A stretch of DNA of 64,000 nucleotides, taken from assembly GCA_002269645.1 (NCBI GenBank), contig NIVC01000274.1, forward strand, positions 62,001 through 126,000. The letters run 5' to 3'. Positions 13,028-30,435 of the stretch are shown in pieces. The position numbers and the translations under genes were made by a program. Below the pieces are notes generated by a model. The model made no database searches. It was given only the letters and a program-made list of their open reading frames with translations, and had not been told where the DNA came from. Origin of the DNA: Macrostomum lignano. Lineage: Eukaryota. The number at the start of each line of letters is the position of its first letter. Position 1 is the stretch's first letter.

Positions 13028-14400
13028 ATGCCAAGCAAGTGTGCGGCCTTCGGTCGGTTGCAAATCAAGCTATGTCTCTACAACTACTTCGGCAGAAATT
13101 TCGTTTTAACACAAGTTTCCTATCAAAGCTGGAGTTTTGGCCAAATGGCTACGCGACCTGTCCCGAGAACCAACTTTTCAACCCACTCAGCATTCCTGAG
13201 TCTGCTCTCTGCATTTTGTCGAATCGGACTTCACCACCGACGATCAGGACTGCAATGCATCTCGGAAAAGGGCAAAGACAATGGAGCCGCTCGCACAAAA
13301 AGATGGCTCAAAGAGTATGCAGTCCCAACGCAGTTTCAGACCATGCCAGCCTACTTTACAAAAAATCCACCAGTCGTGAGGTCAAACAGAGCCACGTCAG
13401 TGCGGCGTCATAAAGCAAGCATTGCACAGCAGGAGAAGCGAGAGAAAGAATTTTTGCGGGTGAGACTCCCAGTACTCTCGACGATGTGGTAACTCGGTTT
13501 GCTACTGAACCTGCACCATCCGGATTCGCCATTTTTCAATCTGCTGGTTCAATTAATCTCATGCTGATGGCACCTGGTCCACCCCAGACAGTCAAGAGCA
13601 GCATCATCGTGAACAATAGACTGGAAGTCGCTGTATACCACGGCAAGCAAGTTGTGTCACCGAAGCAATACGTTCGCATCATTTCGCCGGAGAGCGCTTT
13701 TCTAAGCTCCTCTTCTCAGCTGACGAATCTCATTGCATTTGTTAAGAATGCTGTGGAATCAGACAGTCTTGCTCCGGATCACAAGCAAGCAGCTCTTGAA
13801 GAGTCTGGAGCTTCTCCACCAGCAAGATCACGTGTCTAATGCAGACTCAACTTGCCTCACTTTCTTGATTGAGCAGCTGAAATTGCTGGATGTGGACAAG
13901 CATGGTCGGCGATATTCACCAAAACTGCTGGTATTCTCCAATATTCTATTCTCCGTGAGTTCAGCTGCTTATCAGCGTGTTCTGGAGACAAATTCCTTAG
14001 CTCTACCTTCAATCATTCAATCAAAACGCAGAGGCTTGTGACGCGGAGGATGGACTCGACTACAGGACTGGGCAACTGCGAATATCTAAAGCTGCGCTAC
14101 GACACACTTCACGCCTATGAGACCAACGTAAATCCGGCTGATTGATGAGATTTATCCCAGCAAGCGGGTCGAGATGAGCGGTGGAGAATTGCATGGTCTC
14201 ACAGAAGCCGGAAATGTTGCCCAGACTGCTCTGTGCTTCATTTTAAAATCGGCAATGACAAAGTACCGTGACTTGGTCGGAATTTTCCCAATGAGCAACC
14301 TGAAGGCTGAGACACTGCATAAGTGCTACCTGAAAGTCATGCCGATGCTGCAAAACATTGGATACAACGTCGTGGCCATATGCGTTGACAATGCGGCGGC
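13028..14400 (+). mobile_element. degenerate THAP-domain / P-element-type transposase (fossil DNA transposon) in RGK intron 3
   Basis: Across frameshifts and stops it reads MPSKCAAFG-CKSSY...HKFPIK...KWLRDLSR...VCSLHF...LKEYAVPTQF (C2CH THAP signature with AVP motif). Then RRYSPKLL...LALPS and LIDEIY...CFILKSAMTKYRDLVGIFP...VVAICVDNAAA (P-element RNase-H core). Truncated after DNA. No TIR/TSD found. Confidence 0.8.
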
Positions 14401-15202
14401 CTTCTTATTGTAATCCCAATCAATTTTTGAAACTTTACTATTATGCGCTGCCATCTTTGGTTTATTGCATGTTACAAAAAGCCTTTTCGTATGAATCGTG
14501 TAAATCGAGATAAATAATATATATAAAAATCGACTGCAATGAAACATAAATCTGCGTCGTTTTTGCGAGTCGAGCAGAATAGTTCTAATATTAATAATGA
14601 TATGCTTTCAATTTTATTTGTAGCATTAGTTATTACTAGAGTTATTACTAGCAATACAATTGGAATATAATTGTTCAATAATTTTGTTATTTGCATGCTC
14701 ATGCCCAAGAAATACGCATGATTCACTCGCTGGCCGAATGGGTGCAGTGGAACAGTCGGCCCTATTTGGTATTCAGCCAATTAGAGTGTCCATTCCAGAC
14801 TTGCTAGGTTTAGAATTCCTTGGCTTGGCCCATCGCTTCGTGCTCCGCAAGCTCATCTGATTTTTCCAGGGGAACAGACGCTGAGCTGACACCATCGGGG
14901 GGGGGGTCGCAATGAAGTTTGTCAGTCAGTCAGAGGGGCTTCATCTGGGTTTAGTTAGCGATTCCGAGCGCGGGGCAGACAGTCAAAAACTCGACTCTGT
15001 GGGCAACCCAATCACAGTTCTGACTGGGCGTCCTTCGACTGCTGCTGTTGCTCACGCTGGAGTAACACTGGCAATCCAAGAAGTGCAAGGGAGATGAAAA
15101 ACGGCGATTGCAGTCTGGCTATTGGGTTTCAATGGGGTACTTGCTCTGAGTGCAGGCGTTCTTTTGCTGACTGCCATCTGCTGGCTTTATTGTGTGCCTG
15201 CT

Positions 15203-15627
<425 letters not shown>

Positions 15628-16337
15628 CGCCGGGCAGACAGACAGGCATAGGCGGGAGCTGCTGCGGTGAAAAGTTCACAGCCTCTCCAGCTCGCCCCCG
15701 TTCCTCTCCATTCCCAGCTGACCTTGAATTGGCATTTTCCGTGCGGCCAAACTCCGCAGCCCCGTCCCCCCTCTTTGATGAGGCTGGGGCGGCTGCATAT
15801 TTCGCCGGGTTAAAGCGGACTGAATAGATAGATGGAGAAGAGCGGAGACTGGGAGGGAAACAAGTTTAAGGGTCGGGAGGGGGGGACGAGGAGCGCCAGA
15901 GCGAAGCCGAGTGAAAACACGTGGCGCCTGAAGTGCTCGCGCTCTTTACCTGGCTGGCTGTCTGGCTCTCCAATTCCGCCACTTCCCTTTTCCCTATCTC
16001 TCTGAATTCTCCCGCTCGTAATCGCTCTCTCGCGGCCATACAGGGGCCGCTGGTTCGCCCCTCCTATTAACCTGTGTGTACTAATGTGCTCTCCAAGCTT
16101 CCCATATGTATCTGTTTACTTCGTAGCTATAAGAGAGAGTGAAGGACATGCAACTGACCAGATTTCATTACCGCGTGCCTCAGTGTCAGTCCATTTCGTC
16201 CGGAACGGGTGACTTAATGAGCCATGAGTTCTTAACGAACTTTTCACGAGCACGCAGCCAACTGACAATTTGTCATTCTTGTCGAGTCTGGAGTATCGGC
16301 ATGATAGTGAATTAAGCAAGCTTTTTCCACGGTTCTT

Positions 16338-16995
16338 AATCTCATCATCACCCGAGTCCCCAATCTCATCATCACCCGAGTCCCCAATCTCATCATCACC
16401 CGAGTCCCCAATCTCATCATCACCCGAGTCCCCAATCTCATCATCACCCGAGTCCCCAATCTCATCATCACCCGAGTCCCCAATCTCATCATCACCCGAG
16501 TCCCCAATCTCATCATCACCCGGATCCTCATTCCCATCAACACCCGGGTCATCACTCCCATCAACACCCGGGTCATCATTCTCATCATCACCTGGGTCAT
16601 CATTCCCATCATCACCCGGGTCCTCAATCTCATCATCACCCGGGTCCTCATTCCCATCATCACCCGGGTCCTCGTTCCCATCATCACCCGGGTCCTCGTT
16701 CCCATCATCTCCCGGATCCTCATTCCCATCATCACCCGGGTCCTCAATCTCATCATCACCCGGGTCCTCATTCCCATCATCACCCGGGTCCTCATTCCCA
16801 TCATCACCCGGGTCCTCAATCTCATCATCACCCGGGTCCTCGTTCCCATCATCACCCGTGTCCTCAATCTCATCATCACCCGTGTCCTCAATCTCATCAT
16901 CACCCGGGTCCTCATTCCCATCATTACCCGGGTCCTCATTCCCATCATCACCCGGGTCCTCGTTCCCATCATCACCCGGATCCTCATTCCCATTA
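16338..16995. repeat. 24-bp minisatellite ATCTCATCATCACCCGAGTCCCCA and variants, just upstream of RGK exon 4
   Basis: Tandem copies; the SSSPESP ORF is an artefact. Confidence 0.92.
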
Positions 16996-17022
16996 TCAGT
17001 CCCGCCTTTGGCTCACCCGCAG

Positions 17023-17297
17023 ATGCCAAGAACCTGGCCGGGGTGTACAATGCCAAGTTTATCGAGATTTCCACCGCGTTAAATCACAACGTCGACGAAC
17101 TGCTGGTAAGCATTCTCGGCCAGATCAAGACCCAGCAGCGCAAGATGGAGAAGGAACGGAGCAAGCTCATCAGCAAGGAGAAAGACGGTCGCGGTCTGCG
17201 AGCGTCGATGCGGCTCCGGTCGCCGAGAACAATGATTGGCAACTTTATTAAAAAGCACTTTACATCCAAGTCCTGCGAGGAGGGCGACCACAGCTAG
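17023..17297 (+). CDS. Rgk: RGK GTPase terminal exon (DAKNLAGVYNAKFIEISTALNHNVDELLVSILGQI...KKHFTSKSCEEGDHS*)
   Basis: Acceptor ccgcag|at (phase 1). Contains G5 EISTA, the HNVDEL motif and a basic tail with SKSC. The four exons total 1626 nt = 541 aa plus stop. Confidence 0.92.
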
Positions 17298-17307
17298 GCT
17301 GGTGGTG

Positions 17308-17485
17308 TCTGTCCTGTCTGATCTGTGTTGTCTGTCCTGTCTGATCTGTGTTGTCTGTCCTGTCTGATCTGTGTTGTCTGTCCTGTCTGATCTGTGTTGT
17401 CTGTCCTGTCTGATCTGTGTTGTCTGTCCTGTCTGATCTGTGTTGTCTGTCCTGTCTGATCTGTGTTGTCTGTCCTGTCTGGTCT
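17308..17485. repeat. 23-bp minisatellite GTCCTGTCTGATCTGTGTTGTCT immediately after the RGK stop
   Basis: About 7 copies in the presumptive 3' UTR. Confidence 0.9.
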
Positions 17486-18081
17486 GTCATGTATTGGCTT
17501 CCTTGTCTGACCTATCTTTTCCGAAATCTACGTCTGTTCTTGTCCACTCGCTATTCACACATTGTCCTCTCTTTCCGTTTCTATTTCTGCTGCTTCTGGA
17601 GATATTTTAATTTCCGAATGACTAGTTACTAGCGACTCTAGAAAGAGCTAGCAGTCAGTTAATCATGCAGTCGATCATTAATCTTCTGTCCATCATTTCG
17701 TGTTGGGGTTGGCCATGCCATTATATTTGCGCAGAGCAGCGCCTGACCCTCCGATCCATGCACATCCGCTTGCACCTGTCTTAATCCGCAGCAATTACTC
17801 TATGCTATGGGCACTCTAATAAAGCGTGTGTAACCATGCAAATTGCCAGGTTGCCCAGCCCAGGTTTTTCTTTTTTGAATAATATTCCTTGATAATGATG
17901 ATTTTTCCTCAAGCCCAGGTCTTGCGTCAGTCCGCCATAAGATTTGAGTTTCCTGCTGATAATGTACGCGCCTTCGAGGTCTAAATAGTGTACTCATAAT
18001 ATTGTCCAATGCTGCTTAGCGACTGAGAATGGCAAGCTTTTAAATCAATTTTGCTTTGTTTCATTATGTCACTTTCTGCTA

Positions 18082-18605
18082 TTCTCACTTGTCCACTCTC
18101 CAATCAGTCTTTTCCACTCTCCATTCAGTCTTGTCCACTCTCCAATCAGTCTTGTCCACTCTCCAATCAGTCTTTTCCACTCTCCATTCAGTCTTGTCCA
18201 CTCTCCATTCAGTCTTGTCCACTCTCCATTCAGTCTTGTCCGCTCTCCAATCAGTCTTGTCCACTCTCCATTCAGTCTTGTCCACTCTCCATTCAGTCTT
18301 GTCCGCTCTCCATTCAGTCTTGTCCACTCTCCATTCAGTCTTGTCCACTCTCCATTCAGTCTTGTCCGCTCTCCATTCAGTCTTGTCCACTCTCCATTCA
18401 GTCTTGTCCGCTCTCCAATCAGTCTTGTCCACTCTCCAATCAGTCTTGTCCACTCTCCAATCAGTCTTGTCCACTCTCCATTCAGTCTTGTCCGCTCTCC
18501 AATCAGTCTTGTCCACTCTCCAATCAGTCTTGTCCACTCTCCAATCAGTCTTGTCCACTCTCCATTCAGTCTTGTCCACTCTCCAATCAGTCTTGTCCAC
18601 TCTCT
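18082..18605. repeat. 21-bp minisatellite TCCACTCTCCATTCAGTCTTG
   Basis: About 25 copies. Confidence 0.93.
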
Positions 18606-19164
18606 CCAGTTCAATTCTTGTCCTCGCCTGACATTACAAATTATACGCGAAATCAAAATTTTACCGAGAAAATATTACTTTGTTTAAATTTGACTGTGAA
18701 AGTTTTCGACTCTCGGCGCCCAGCTTTGCGTGGCAGCCTCCACGCCGACCCGAGGACACCTTTGCTGCTGACTCAAACTGAACTTAATAGAAGTTGAACG
18801 TGTCCAGTTCAAAACTTCCCAACACGCTGCTTGCCCCTGTGCGCTTTGGTTCCGCTGTCAAAATCTTTTTTTTCAAAACTCGGCTACTTTTTAGACATTA
18901 ATTCTGTTTGCAATTCAATAAGCTTCTTGCGAACCTGTTCTATTAAGCAGCACTGTTATCCCTATTACTTTTTGTTAAAGTCTGTCTGCATTCTTGCACG
19001 CCTCCTATGCGCCGTGAGTACTGTTACTCGTAATTACTGAAAGTGAGTGCACACTCTTAATCGTATATATACGCGCTTAAGCTAAATCTTTCTGAGATTT
19101 AAAATTGTCTTGTGAAAACTTAACTGTTCTACTGCATAAATAGATTATAACAGACCCTTAACTC

Positions 19165-19735
19165 TCCACCACCCCACTCCCCACCACCCAATCCCCACCA
19201 CCCCACTCTCCACCACCTCACTCCCCACCACCGGCCATTCCCCACTACCCCACTCCCCACCACCCAATCCCCACCACCCCACTCTCCACCACCCCACTCT
19301 CCACCACCCCATTCTCCACCACCGGCCATTCCCCACTACCCACTCCCACCACCCCACTCCAAACCACCCCACTCCCACCACCCTAGCCCCCACCACCCCA
19401 CTCCAAACCACCCCACTCCAAACCACCCCACTCCAAACCACCCCACTCCAAACCACCCCACTCCAAACCACCCCACTCCAAACCACCCCACTCCAAACCA
19501 CCCCACTCCAAACCACCCCACTCCAAACCACCCCACTCCAAACCACCCCACTCCAAACCACCCCACTCCAAACCACCCCACTCCAAACCACCCCACTCCA
19601 AACCACCCCACTCCAAACCACCCCACTCCAAACCACCCCACTCCAAACCACCCCACTCCCCACCACCCTAGCTCCCACCACCCCACTCCCCACCACCGCA
19701 CTCTCCACCACCTCACTCTCCACCACCTCACCCCA
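19165..19735. repeat. 15-bp C-rich minisatellite CCACCCCACTCCAAA
   Basis: Tandem copies; G-rich on the minus strand. Confidence 0.92.
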
Positions 19736-20364
19736 CAGAAATCGATCCACACTTGTCACACCAACGGATGCCTAACCCTGAACAGCAGATATCGTAATTA
19801 GTTTAGTCTTTAATTAGTCTAATCGTATCTGCTTATTATAAATTTAGTCTGAATTAAAAAAGAATTTCAATAAAAAGAACTGTATCAACTGGCTGCATTT
19901 GGCGGCATTACTAATAAATTATTGGTTAATCAAATAAAAACGAGTATATGAAAGTTAGAGTCACAGTGGGATTTCGGCGCAAGTAATAACAAAGGCTTGC
20001 CTTGAAGCAGCAGGAAAGTTTGCAATGGACCTTGAAAGCAAAGAGAAGCGGGGTTATTTTATTTTTACGTGAAAATAATCTATCATCGCGACTTTCTTTT
20101 GTTAATCTTTCAAAGAATAATTTCAATAGTCGCATGGCGGATTTAAATGAAAAGTAAGTCGCAGTCCGCTTTTCAATACAGATTTTGCTTCTCTATTTTC
20201 AGATCGTAAATGTCTTCATTTTAAAACTTTTTTCCCATTTACTGGCAGTGCATTGAACTTTTGATCTTTTACCGTATATCTTCTGAATACTTCAAAAGAA
20301 AGTGAAATCCTGAACCAGTCAACGATTCCACCCTCACCGCCACAATGCCGCCATTCCTACACGT

Positions 20365-20685
20365 ACCACCCACCTCACTCCATCACCTACCTCACTCATC
20401 ACCCGCCTCACTCCATCGCCCACCTCACTCATCACCCGCCTCACTCCATCGCCCACCTCATTCCATCACCCGCCTCACTCCATCACCCACCTCACTCCAT
20501 CACCCACCTCACTCATCACCCGCCTCACTCCATCGCCCACCTCATTCCATCACCCACCTCACTCATCACCCGCCTCACTCCATCGCCCACCTCATTCCAT
20601 CACCCGCCTCACTCCATCACCCACCTCACTCCATCACCCACCTCATCCCATCACCCGCCTCACTCCATCAACCGCCTCACTCCTG
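20365..20685. repeat. ~18-bp degenerate minisatellite CATCACCCGCCTCACTC
   Basis: Tandem degenerate copies just beyond the FAM217-like stop. Confidence 0.85.
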
Positions 20686-20769
20686 CAACCACGCCTTTCC
20701 AGGTGAAATCCCAAACTTTGAAGCAGAAATATCTACAGGCAAAACAGATTGTCTGTGTCAGTAACGCAG

Positions 20770-21357
20770 TCAAACAGCCGACCAGACCCTCCTGTTGGCA
20801 GTTAGCGAGTGTCGCCTCATTGACACTCGGGTCTTTCCAGGAATCAGCGCGTTCCGGCCGACGCCGGTGTAAGCTTTGAACCGGTTCTGCTCCCTGGTGA
20901 CATCGACAATCGAAGTGTCTCGCAGCTGCTCTGAAAAGTTCACCGAAGTCGGCTGCCTCCCGGCCGGCTGCTTCTGTCGCTGCTGGCGCTGTTGACGAAT
21001 TTCAACAGATTTCGGCCGTTTACTTTGCGCACTACTAGAATAAGTAGGCAGTTGCGAGCGCGGTCTGGACAATAAGCCGACGCCGACATTTACGCCTTGC
21101 TGACGCTGGCGCGACACCACCGGGGGCCGGCTGGTCACTTCGCAGGGTTTGCAGAACTTCGACGGTGGCAACGCTTGAGAATTCTTGCGCTGCGGCTGCT
21201 GCTGCTGCGGCTGATGCAGCTGAGAGTCTGGAGCCTCCCGAGCCCGATCGTTGTACGTCCGGCGAAGGCAAGCCCCGTCAAGGCACATTGGCTGCCGACA
21301 GTGCAGGCAGATCTTGTTGGGCGCTCGCTTCAGCGGACAGTCGCCAGAGCAGCCCAC
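20770..21357 (-). CDS. FAM217: FAM217-like protein, terminal exon (VGCSGDCPLKRAPNKICLHCRQPMCLDGAC...SAV*)
   Basis: Acceptor caaag|gtg (phase 0) joins in frame to the upstream exon ending CCRGCLQ. 588 nt open to TGA, GC-rich codon usage. Confidence 0.75.
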   Translation of the reverse strand: MGCSGDCPLKRAPNKICLHCRQPMCLDGACLRRTYNDRAREAPDSQLHQPQQQQPQRKNSQALPPSKFCKPCEVTSRPPVVSRQRQQGVNVGVGLLSRPRSQLPTYSSSAQSKRPKSVEIRQQRQQRQKQPAGRQPTSVNFSEQLRDTSIVDVTREQNRFKAYTGVGRNALIPGKTRVSMRRHSLTANRRVWSAV

Positions 21358-21587
21358 CTTTGAGCACAATATTAATTATTGCATTGTAATATGGTTAAGC
21401 TAGGAAACTTTTGAATTGGCAAATAAACTAATTTGAATTGGTCAATTTATCAATTCATTCTAGCCGGTGTGCTTAAGGTTTTAGATACCTCGATTTATTA
21501 CGTAGTGGCACCCCCATTGTTTAGAGGTAAGCACTGCTAGGCAGGAAGAATGGTGGCCTTTTCTGTTCATAATCCATGGGAAACCTT

Positions 21588-25686
<4,099 letters not shown>

Positions 25687-26104
25687 CTGACTGAAACTTG
25701 TTCATATCATTTAAAGTGCACATCGACCCCTGTGTCAAAAAATGGGAAATTTCATATATGATTGTTTCTAAAGTTGACTTTTATCTTTTAAAAGCTTCCC
25801 TAACAGAGGTCCTTGAGCGTAGCTCGTCCAGTTGATCCTCGCTATCCCCTGCCATGTTCATCGGAAAACTGACTCGCACCGCTTCCAGCGTTGTGTTGAC
25901 TTGAGGCAAACAGACACCTGCAGAGCTGATTGTGTCAACTGTGTGAGTCAACTGCGTGAGAAGCCAGTGAGTATTCCTTCAGTTTTTATGAGCTCGCTGG
26001 CTAACTAAACTGAAAACTGAAATTCGCTTTTCTGCTCTGTTTGCTTTTTGTAGATCATTTTCTGACAAACACTGCTTTCAGTTGGCTTCCTGCTTTCATT
26101 CCTA

Positions 26105-26200
26105 CCGGGATGGCAACCCCATCAAACTCGAGGATGGCAACCCCATCATACTCGAGGATGGCAACCCCACCACACCGGGAGGGCAGCCCGCCTTAGGAGG
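26105..26200. repeat. 24-bp tandem repeat GGATGGCAACCCCATCAAACTCGA, 3-4 copies
   Basis: Degenerate copies near the donor of FAM217-like exon 3. Confidence 0.6.
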
Positions 26201-26254
26201 CAGCCCCATCATAATAAAAAATCTTCCACTTGAAAAACTTCCAATTTCGCCAAC

Positions 26255-26539
26255 CTGAAGGCAGCCCCGGCAGCAGTTTTGACTTCTTAATCGGCCGCCG
26301 CCTGTAGCGGGACTCGAACCCGCGACTGACGCCGACGTTGCTCGCCTAGTCGCCAATGCCGCACTGCCAGCTGCGCCAAAGCGGGCCGCCTCCATCCGGA
26401 CGGTGTGCAGCTGCAGCCGCTCCATGGCGATCAGGCGGTCCATGAGGCCGGCCAGTCCCGGCTCGGACTCGGCCAGGGCCTCGGGGAAGACGCTGCGCCA
26501 GCCGTTTTCGCACTCGGCCAGCGAGCGAAACGAAGCGTT
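26255..26539 (-). CDS. FAM217: FAM217-like protein exon 3 (NASFRSLAECENGWRSVFPEALAESEPGLAGLMDRLIAMERLQLHTVRME...CCRGCLQ)
   Basis: Acceptor tcccag|aac, donor cag|gttggc, 285 nt, phase 0/0. LMDRLIAMERLQLHTVRME matches the remembered FAM217 core (LITRLLELERLQHMTIQKE). Confidence 0.8.
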
Positions 26540-26644
26540 CTGGGAATTGTTTTCGAGGGGAGAATAAAGATTTGGGGATGTGGGATGGGGATATAATGTG
26601 CGATATATTCAATATGAGATGGAGAATGTGGGAAGTTGGTTGTG

Positions 26645-27375
26645 GGATGGGGATATGGGATGGGGGAGGAGGATGAGGGAAGGGGGGTGAGAGATGAAGG
26701 ATGGAAGGTGAAGGATTGGGGATGAAGGATGGGGATGAAGGATGGGGGATGAAGGATTGGGGATGAAGGATGGGGGATGAAGGATGGGGATGAAGGATGG
26801 GGATGAAGGATGGGGATGAAGGATTGGGGATGAAGGATGGGGGATGAAGGATTGGGGATGAAGGATGGGGATGAAGGATGGGAGATGAAGGATTGGGGAT
26901 GAAGGATGGGGGATGAAGGATGGGAGATGAAGGATGGGGGATGAAGGATGGAAGGTGAAGGATTGGGGATGAAGGATGGGGATGAAGGATGGGAGATGAA
27001 GGATTGGGGATGAAGGATGGGGGATGAAGGATGAGAGATGAAGGATGGGAGATGAAGGATGGGGGATGAAGGATTGAGGATGAAGGATGGAAGATGAAGG
27101 ATGGGGATGAAGAGATGGGAGATGAAGGATTGGGGATGAAGGATGGGAGATGAAGGATGGGGGATGAAGGATGGGAGATGAAGGATTGGGGATGAAGGAT
27201 GGGAGATGAAGGATGGGGGATGAGGGATGGGGGATGAGGGATGGGGGATGAGGGATGGGGGATGAAAGATGGGAGATGAAGGATTGGGGATGAAGGATGG
27301 GAGATGAAGGATGGGGGATGAGGGATGGGGGATGAAAGATGGGGGATGAAGGATGGGGGATGAGGGATGAAGAAT
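26645..27375. repeat. purine-rich minisatellite GGGGATGAAGGATG(G) (FAM217-like intron 2)
   Basis: Tandem ~15-17-bp copies. Confidence 0.9.
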
Positions 27376-27610
27376 GGTGGATGAGTTATGAGGGATGGGG
27401 GATTTAGGATGTTAAATATCAAATGCTCACTCAGGGATGTGAGATGCGTGATTCGGGATGCCGGATATCGGATGTGGGAAACTGTATGAGAGGAATGTTG
27501 GATGTTGGATTTAAGAGTGTTAAATTTGAGATGCTGGATTATGAGGGACGGGGTGGTGGTGGGGGATGAGGGATGTGGAATGGGGGTTGTGACCTTCAAA
27601 CACGGCTCAC

Positions 27611-28145
27611 CGAAAACGGATCGGGCAACGCCGTCCCGAACTCGAATCTCGGCAAATCCAGAACCAGTTTCGCGGAGAATTCAACTTTATCCGGCTCCAA
27701 GCAGCTGCTGGCCAGCAGGAACTGCGGCTCCCGCTCCGGCGGCAGGTTCAAATCCGGCGCCCGAAATCGGCGACGTCGCTGCCGGTGGGCATCGGCACCG
27801 GAATCGGCAGCGGCGGCGGTAGCGGCGGCGGCGGCGGCGGTGGTGCGTTTTGGCGACGATTTCTCCTCATTGTCGACGTCATTGTCGTCCGCGGCGTCGC
27901 TGTCATCGCCGTCGCTGCTGCTGACGCCGTTGGCCGTCGTCGCCGCCGCGTTGTCCCCGTCGTCATTGCCGCTGCTCTGCCAGTCGTAGAACCGCGGCGT
28001 GAAGGCGGGCGCGCAGTCTTCCAAGCGCAGCGGCCTTAGTGGCGGAGGATCTTCCGGATCTTTTGCCGCTGCTGCCGCCGCCTCCTCCGCGGCCGCCTTC
28101 GACGCTGCTCGACTTTTGAGCGCCTCGGCCGGAACCGACTTGGGT
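27611..28145 (-). CDS. FAM217: FAM217-like protein exon 2 (PKSVPAEALK...RFRAPDLNLPPE...FGTALPDPFS)
   Basis: Acceptor cgcag|a (phase 2; an alternative in-frame AG gives a start at 28154), donor tcg|gtgagc (phase 0). DLNLPPE and LPDPFS resemble FAM217A VDLNLKPE and LPPPFS. Confidence 0.78.
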
Positions 28146-28365
28146 CTGCGACGACTTTTTTGGGCGCAAGATAAAAATTATAAGATTGTAATGTACTATA
28201 TTATTGACATAAATTTGCCCCACTATGCCTGCATCCTCATGCAGGGTGTACAGTGGCCCTGGCTTTCTTCAGGAGTTACACAGAGTTGGCCCTCATGGGC
28301 GCGAACTCGAACTCCGGCTACTCTGGCTCGGGAGTCAAAGGCGTTAACCGCCGGGCGACACTCAC

Positions 28366-28991
28366 GATGGCGCCGGGAATCTCGCGGCTGAACCGGCGGC
28401 TGACACCGGCCGCGAGTTGCCACCGTCGCCGCCGCCCCTGCCGAGCCGGCAGCTGCGCCTGTCGATGTCTTCGGGATCGCGCGCCGCCTCGAGCGCTTCA
28501 ACGTCCAGAGGACGCCATTGGCGGCGCCGGAAGGCGCGCAGGCTGACGCGCAACGACTCCCGATAGGCTGTCACCGGGTCGCCGCTCAACCGGACGTCCG
28601 GCACCCTCGCTGAGCCGTACAGGCCGACTGGCCGGCTGACAGACGATGACGACGGCGGCCTCGGTGGCCGGCGCTGCAGTCGGCGCGGCGTGGCCTCGGT
28701 CTCCGCTTCGTCGCCCCGGTCGTCGTCCTCATCGTCAGGTGCCGCTTCGGCCAGCAGGTCGCGCTCCTGCAGCACGGAGGACCTGCATTGAAGGCAGCGG
28801 CTCAGTCTGTACAGCAGCAGCTCCTCCACTCTGGCGGCCGCCACCGAGGCCTCCGGGCGGCGGCGGCGCTGCCTCATTTTCGGCGGAGGAGGCGGCCGAG
28901 CCGTCGAAATTGTCGTCGTTTTCGACGACGCGGTTTCCGCTGGCGCCGCCGGGGCGGGCACGGGGATGCGACAGAAGATGGAGCCCAGCAT
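28366..28991 (-). CDS. FAM217: FAM217-like protein exon 1 (5' end uncertain)
   Basis: ATG at 28991, open frame to donor tc|gtgagt (phase 2), matching exon 2. The true start could lie in an upstream exon. Model totals 677 aa. Confidence 0.65.
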
Positions 28992-30009
28992 CCCGAGATC
29001 TCGAGCTAAGCCCTTCTTGCGCCTCCCAACGGCTCCCAGTGTGGCTTGGTTTGCTTATTAGCGCACAGAGTCCGGCGGGTTTTGGACTGCCATTGGCTCC
29101 CATTGTGAACTGGCGTCATTTACCTTTCCCATGGGAGGTGGGCAGCTATAGAATTCCTCCTCTATTCTACTCTGCGTATGCAGACTGAGGCTCAGGCCGC
29201 TATGTCAGAGGCCCTCATTTCCTAAAGCACCGATGCGACTCTCACTCAGTTTTTAATGCCGCCTATTTTAGCATAATTACCGCCAGGTGCCTTGGGATGC
29301 ACCCGACCCGCTCAGGCTTTGATGACACAGTAATGATGAGGAGGAGGCAAACAAAATTTCAAGAGAAGTTTGGGGCGCCGGTCATTGTGTGGTTATTAAA
29401 ATTCAAGGGTTCTTATTAGTTAAAGTACTAATTAGATGACGATGCATTAAAGTCTTAAAATAAACGTATAGTTACTCTTGCCGTTTATCCACTTGAAAAA
29501 TTACAACTTAAACTTGAACCTAGAATTCAATTCGCTACAGTAAATTTGTTTACCCTTTTAACTAGTTTAGTGCTTTCTTTTGGTGGATCAGATTCTTGGC
29601 ATGTAGCTCAATCCGCCATCGTCAAGGCGTTGCTATGGAGCTTGGGCTTGGCCTAAGAAGCTGCCCCCTGCTCTTCCATGCCATCCAAGGTCTCTCAACT
29701 TCTGTCTCGTCTCCAAAAAGATCCCCAGTCTCTGTCTCCAGTGGCGCAGTCAGAAATCCCAAGCTGCTTGCATTGTGAAGCAGTGTGGCGGAAGTTCAGA
29801 GAGGAGGGAAGCGCACTCCCGCATGGCCTCTCAAAGCCCTTCTCGTGCTGTCTGCCCTTCTTTCGCTCTCGACACTGAAGCGCTCATCGACCTGGGCAGG
29901 ACTGATCGCGGGGCTGGGTCACAGGGACTTCTAGAAATAGCACCCGGTGGACTGGAAGCCGGAAATAGGCACGGCCTCAACTTTGGTAGCGCTTAGGAGT
30001 TTCTTAAGA

Positions 30010-30435
30010 TGCTTAGTGTAAATTGGATGCAATGCTTAGTGTAAATTGGATGCAATGCTTAGTGTAAATTGGATGTAATGCTTAGTGTAAATAGGATGTA
30101 ACGCTTAGTGTAAATAGGATGTAACGCTTAGTGTAAATTGGATGTAATGCTTAGTGTAAATAGGATGTAACGCTTAGTGTAAATTGGATGTAATGCTTAG
30201 TGTAAATAGGATGTAACGCTTAGTGTAAATTGGATGTAATGCTTAGTGTAAATTGGATGTAATGCTTAGTGTAAATTGGATGTAATGCTTAGTGTAAATA
30301 GGATGTAACGCTTAGTGTAAATTGGATGTAATGCTTAGTGTATATTGGATGTAATGCTTAGTGTAAATAGGATGTAACGCTTGTGTAAATAGGATGTAAC
30401 GCTTGTGTAAATAGGATGTAACGCTTGTGTAAATA
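30010..30435. repeat. 23-bp minisatellite GCTTAGTGTAAATTGGATGTAAT
   Basis: About 18 copies. Confidence 0.92.

Noticed and set aside
26306-26325. Perfect tRNA T-arm / B-box (GCGGGTTCGAGTCCCGC, minus strand)
   Set aside because: No matching acceptor or anticodon stem. It lies inside a coding exon and is probably chance.
29596-29996. GC-rich segment upstream of FAM217-like exon 1, and partial X-box GTTGCTATGG at 29629
   Set aside because: All minus-strand frames hit stops, no phase-compatible exon was found, and the X-box second half-site is missing.
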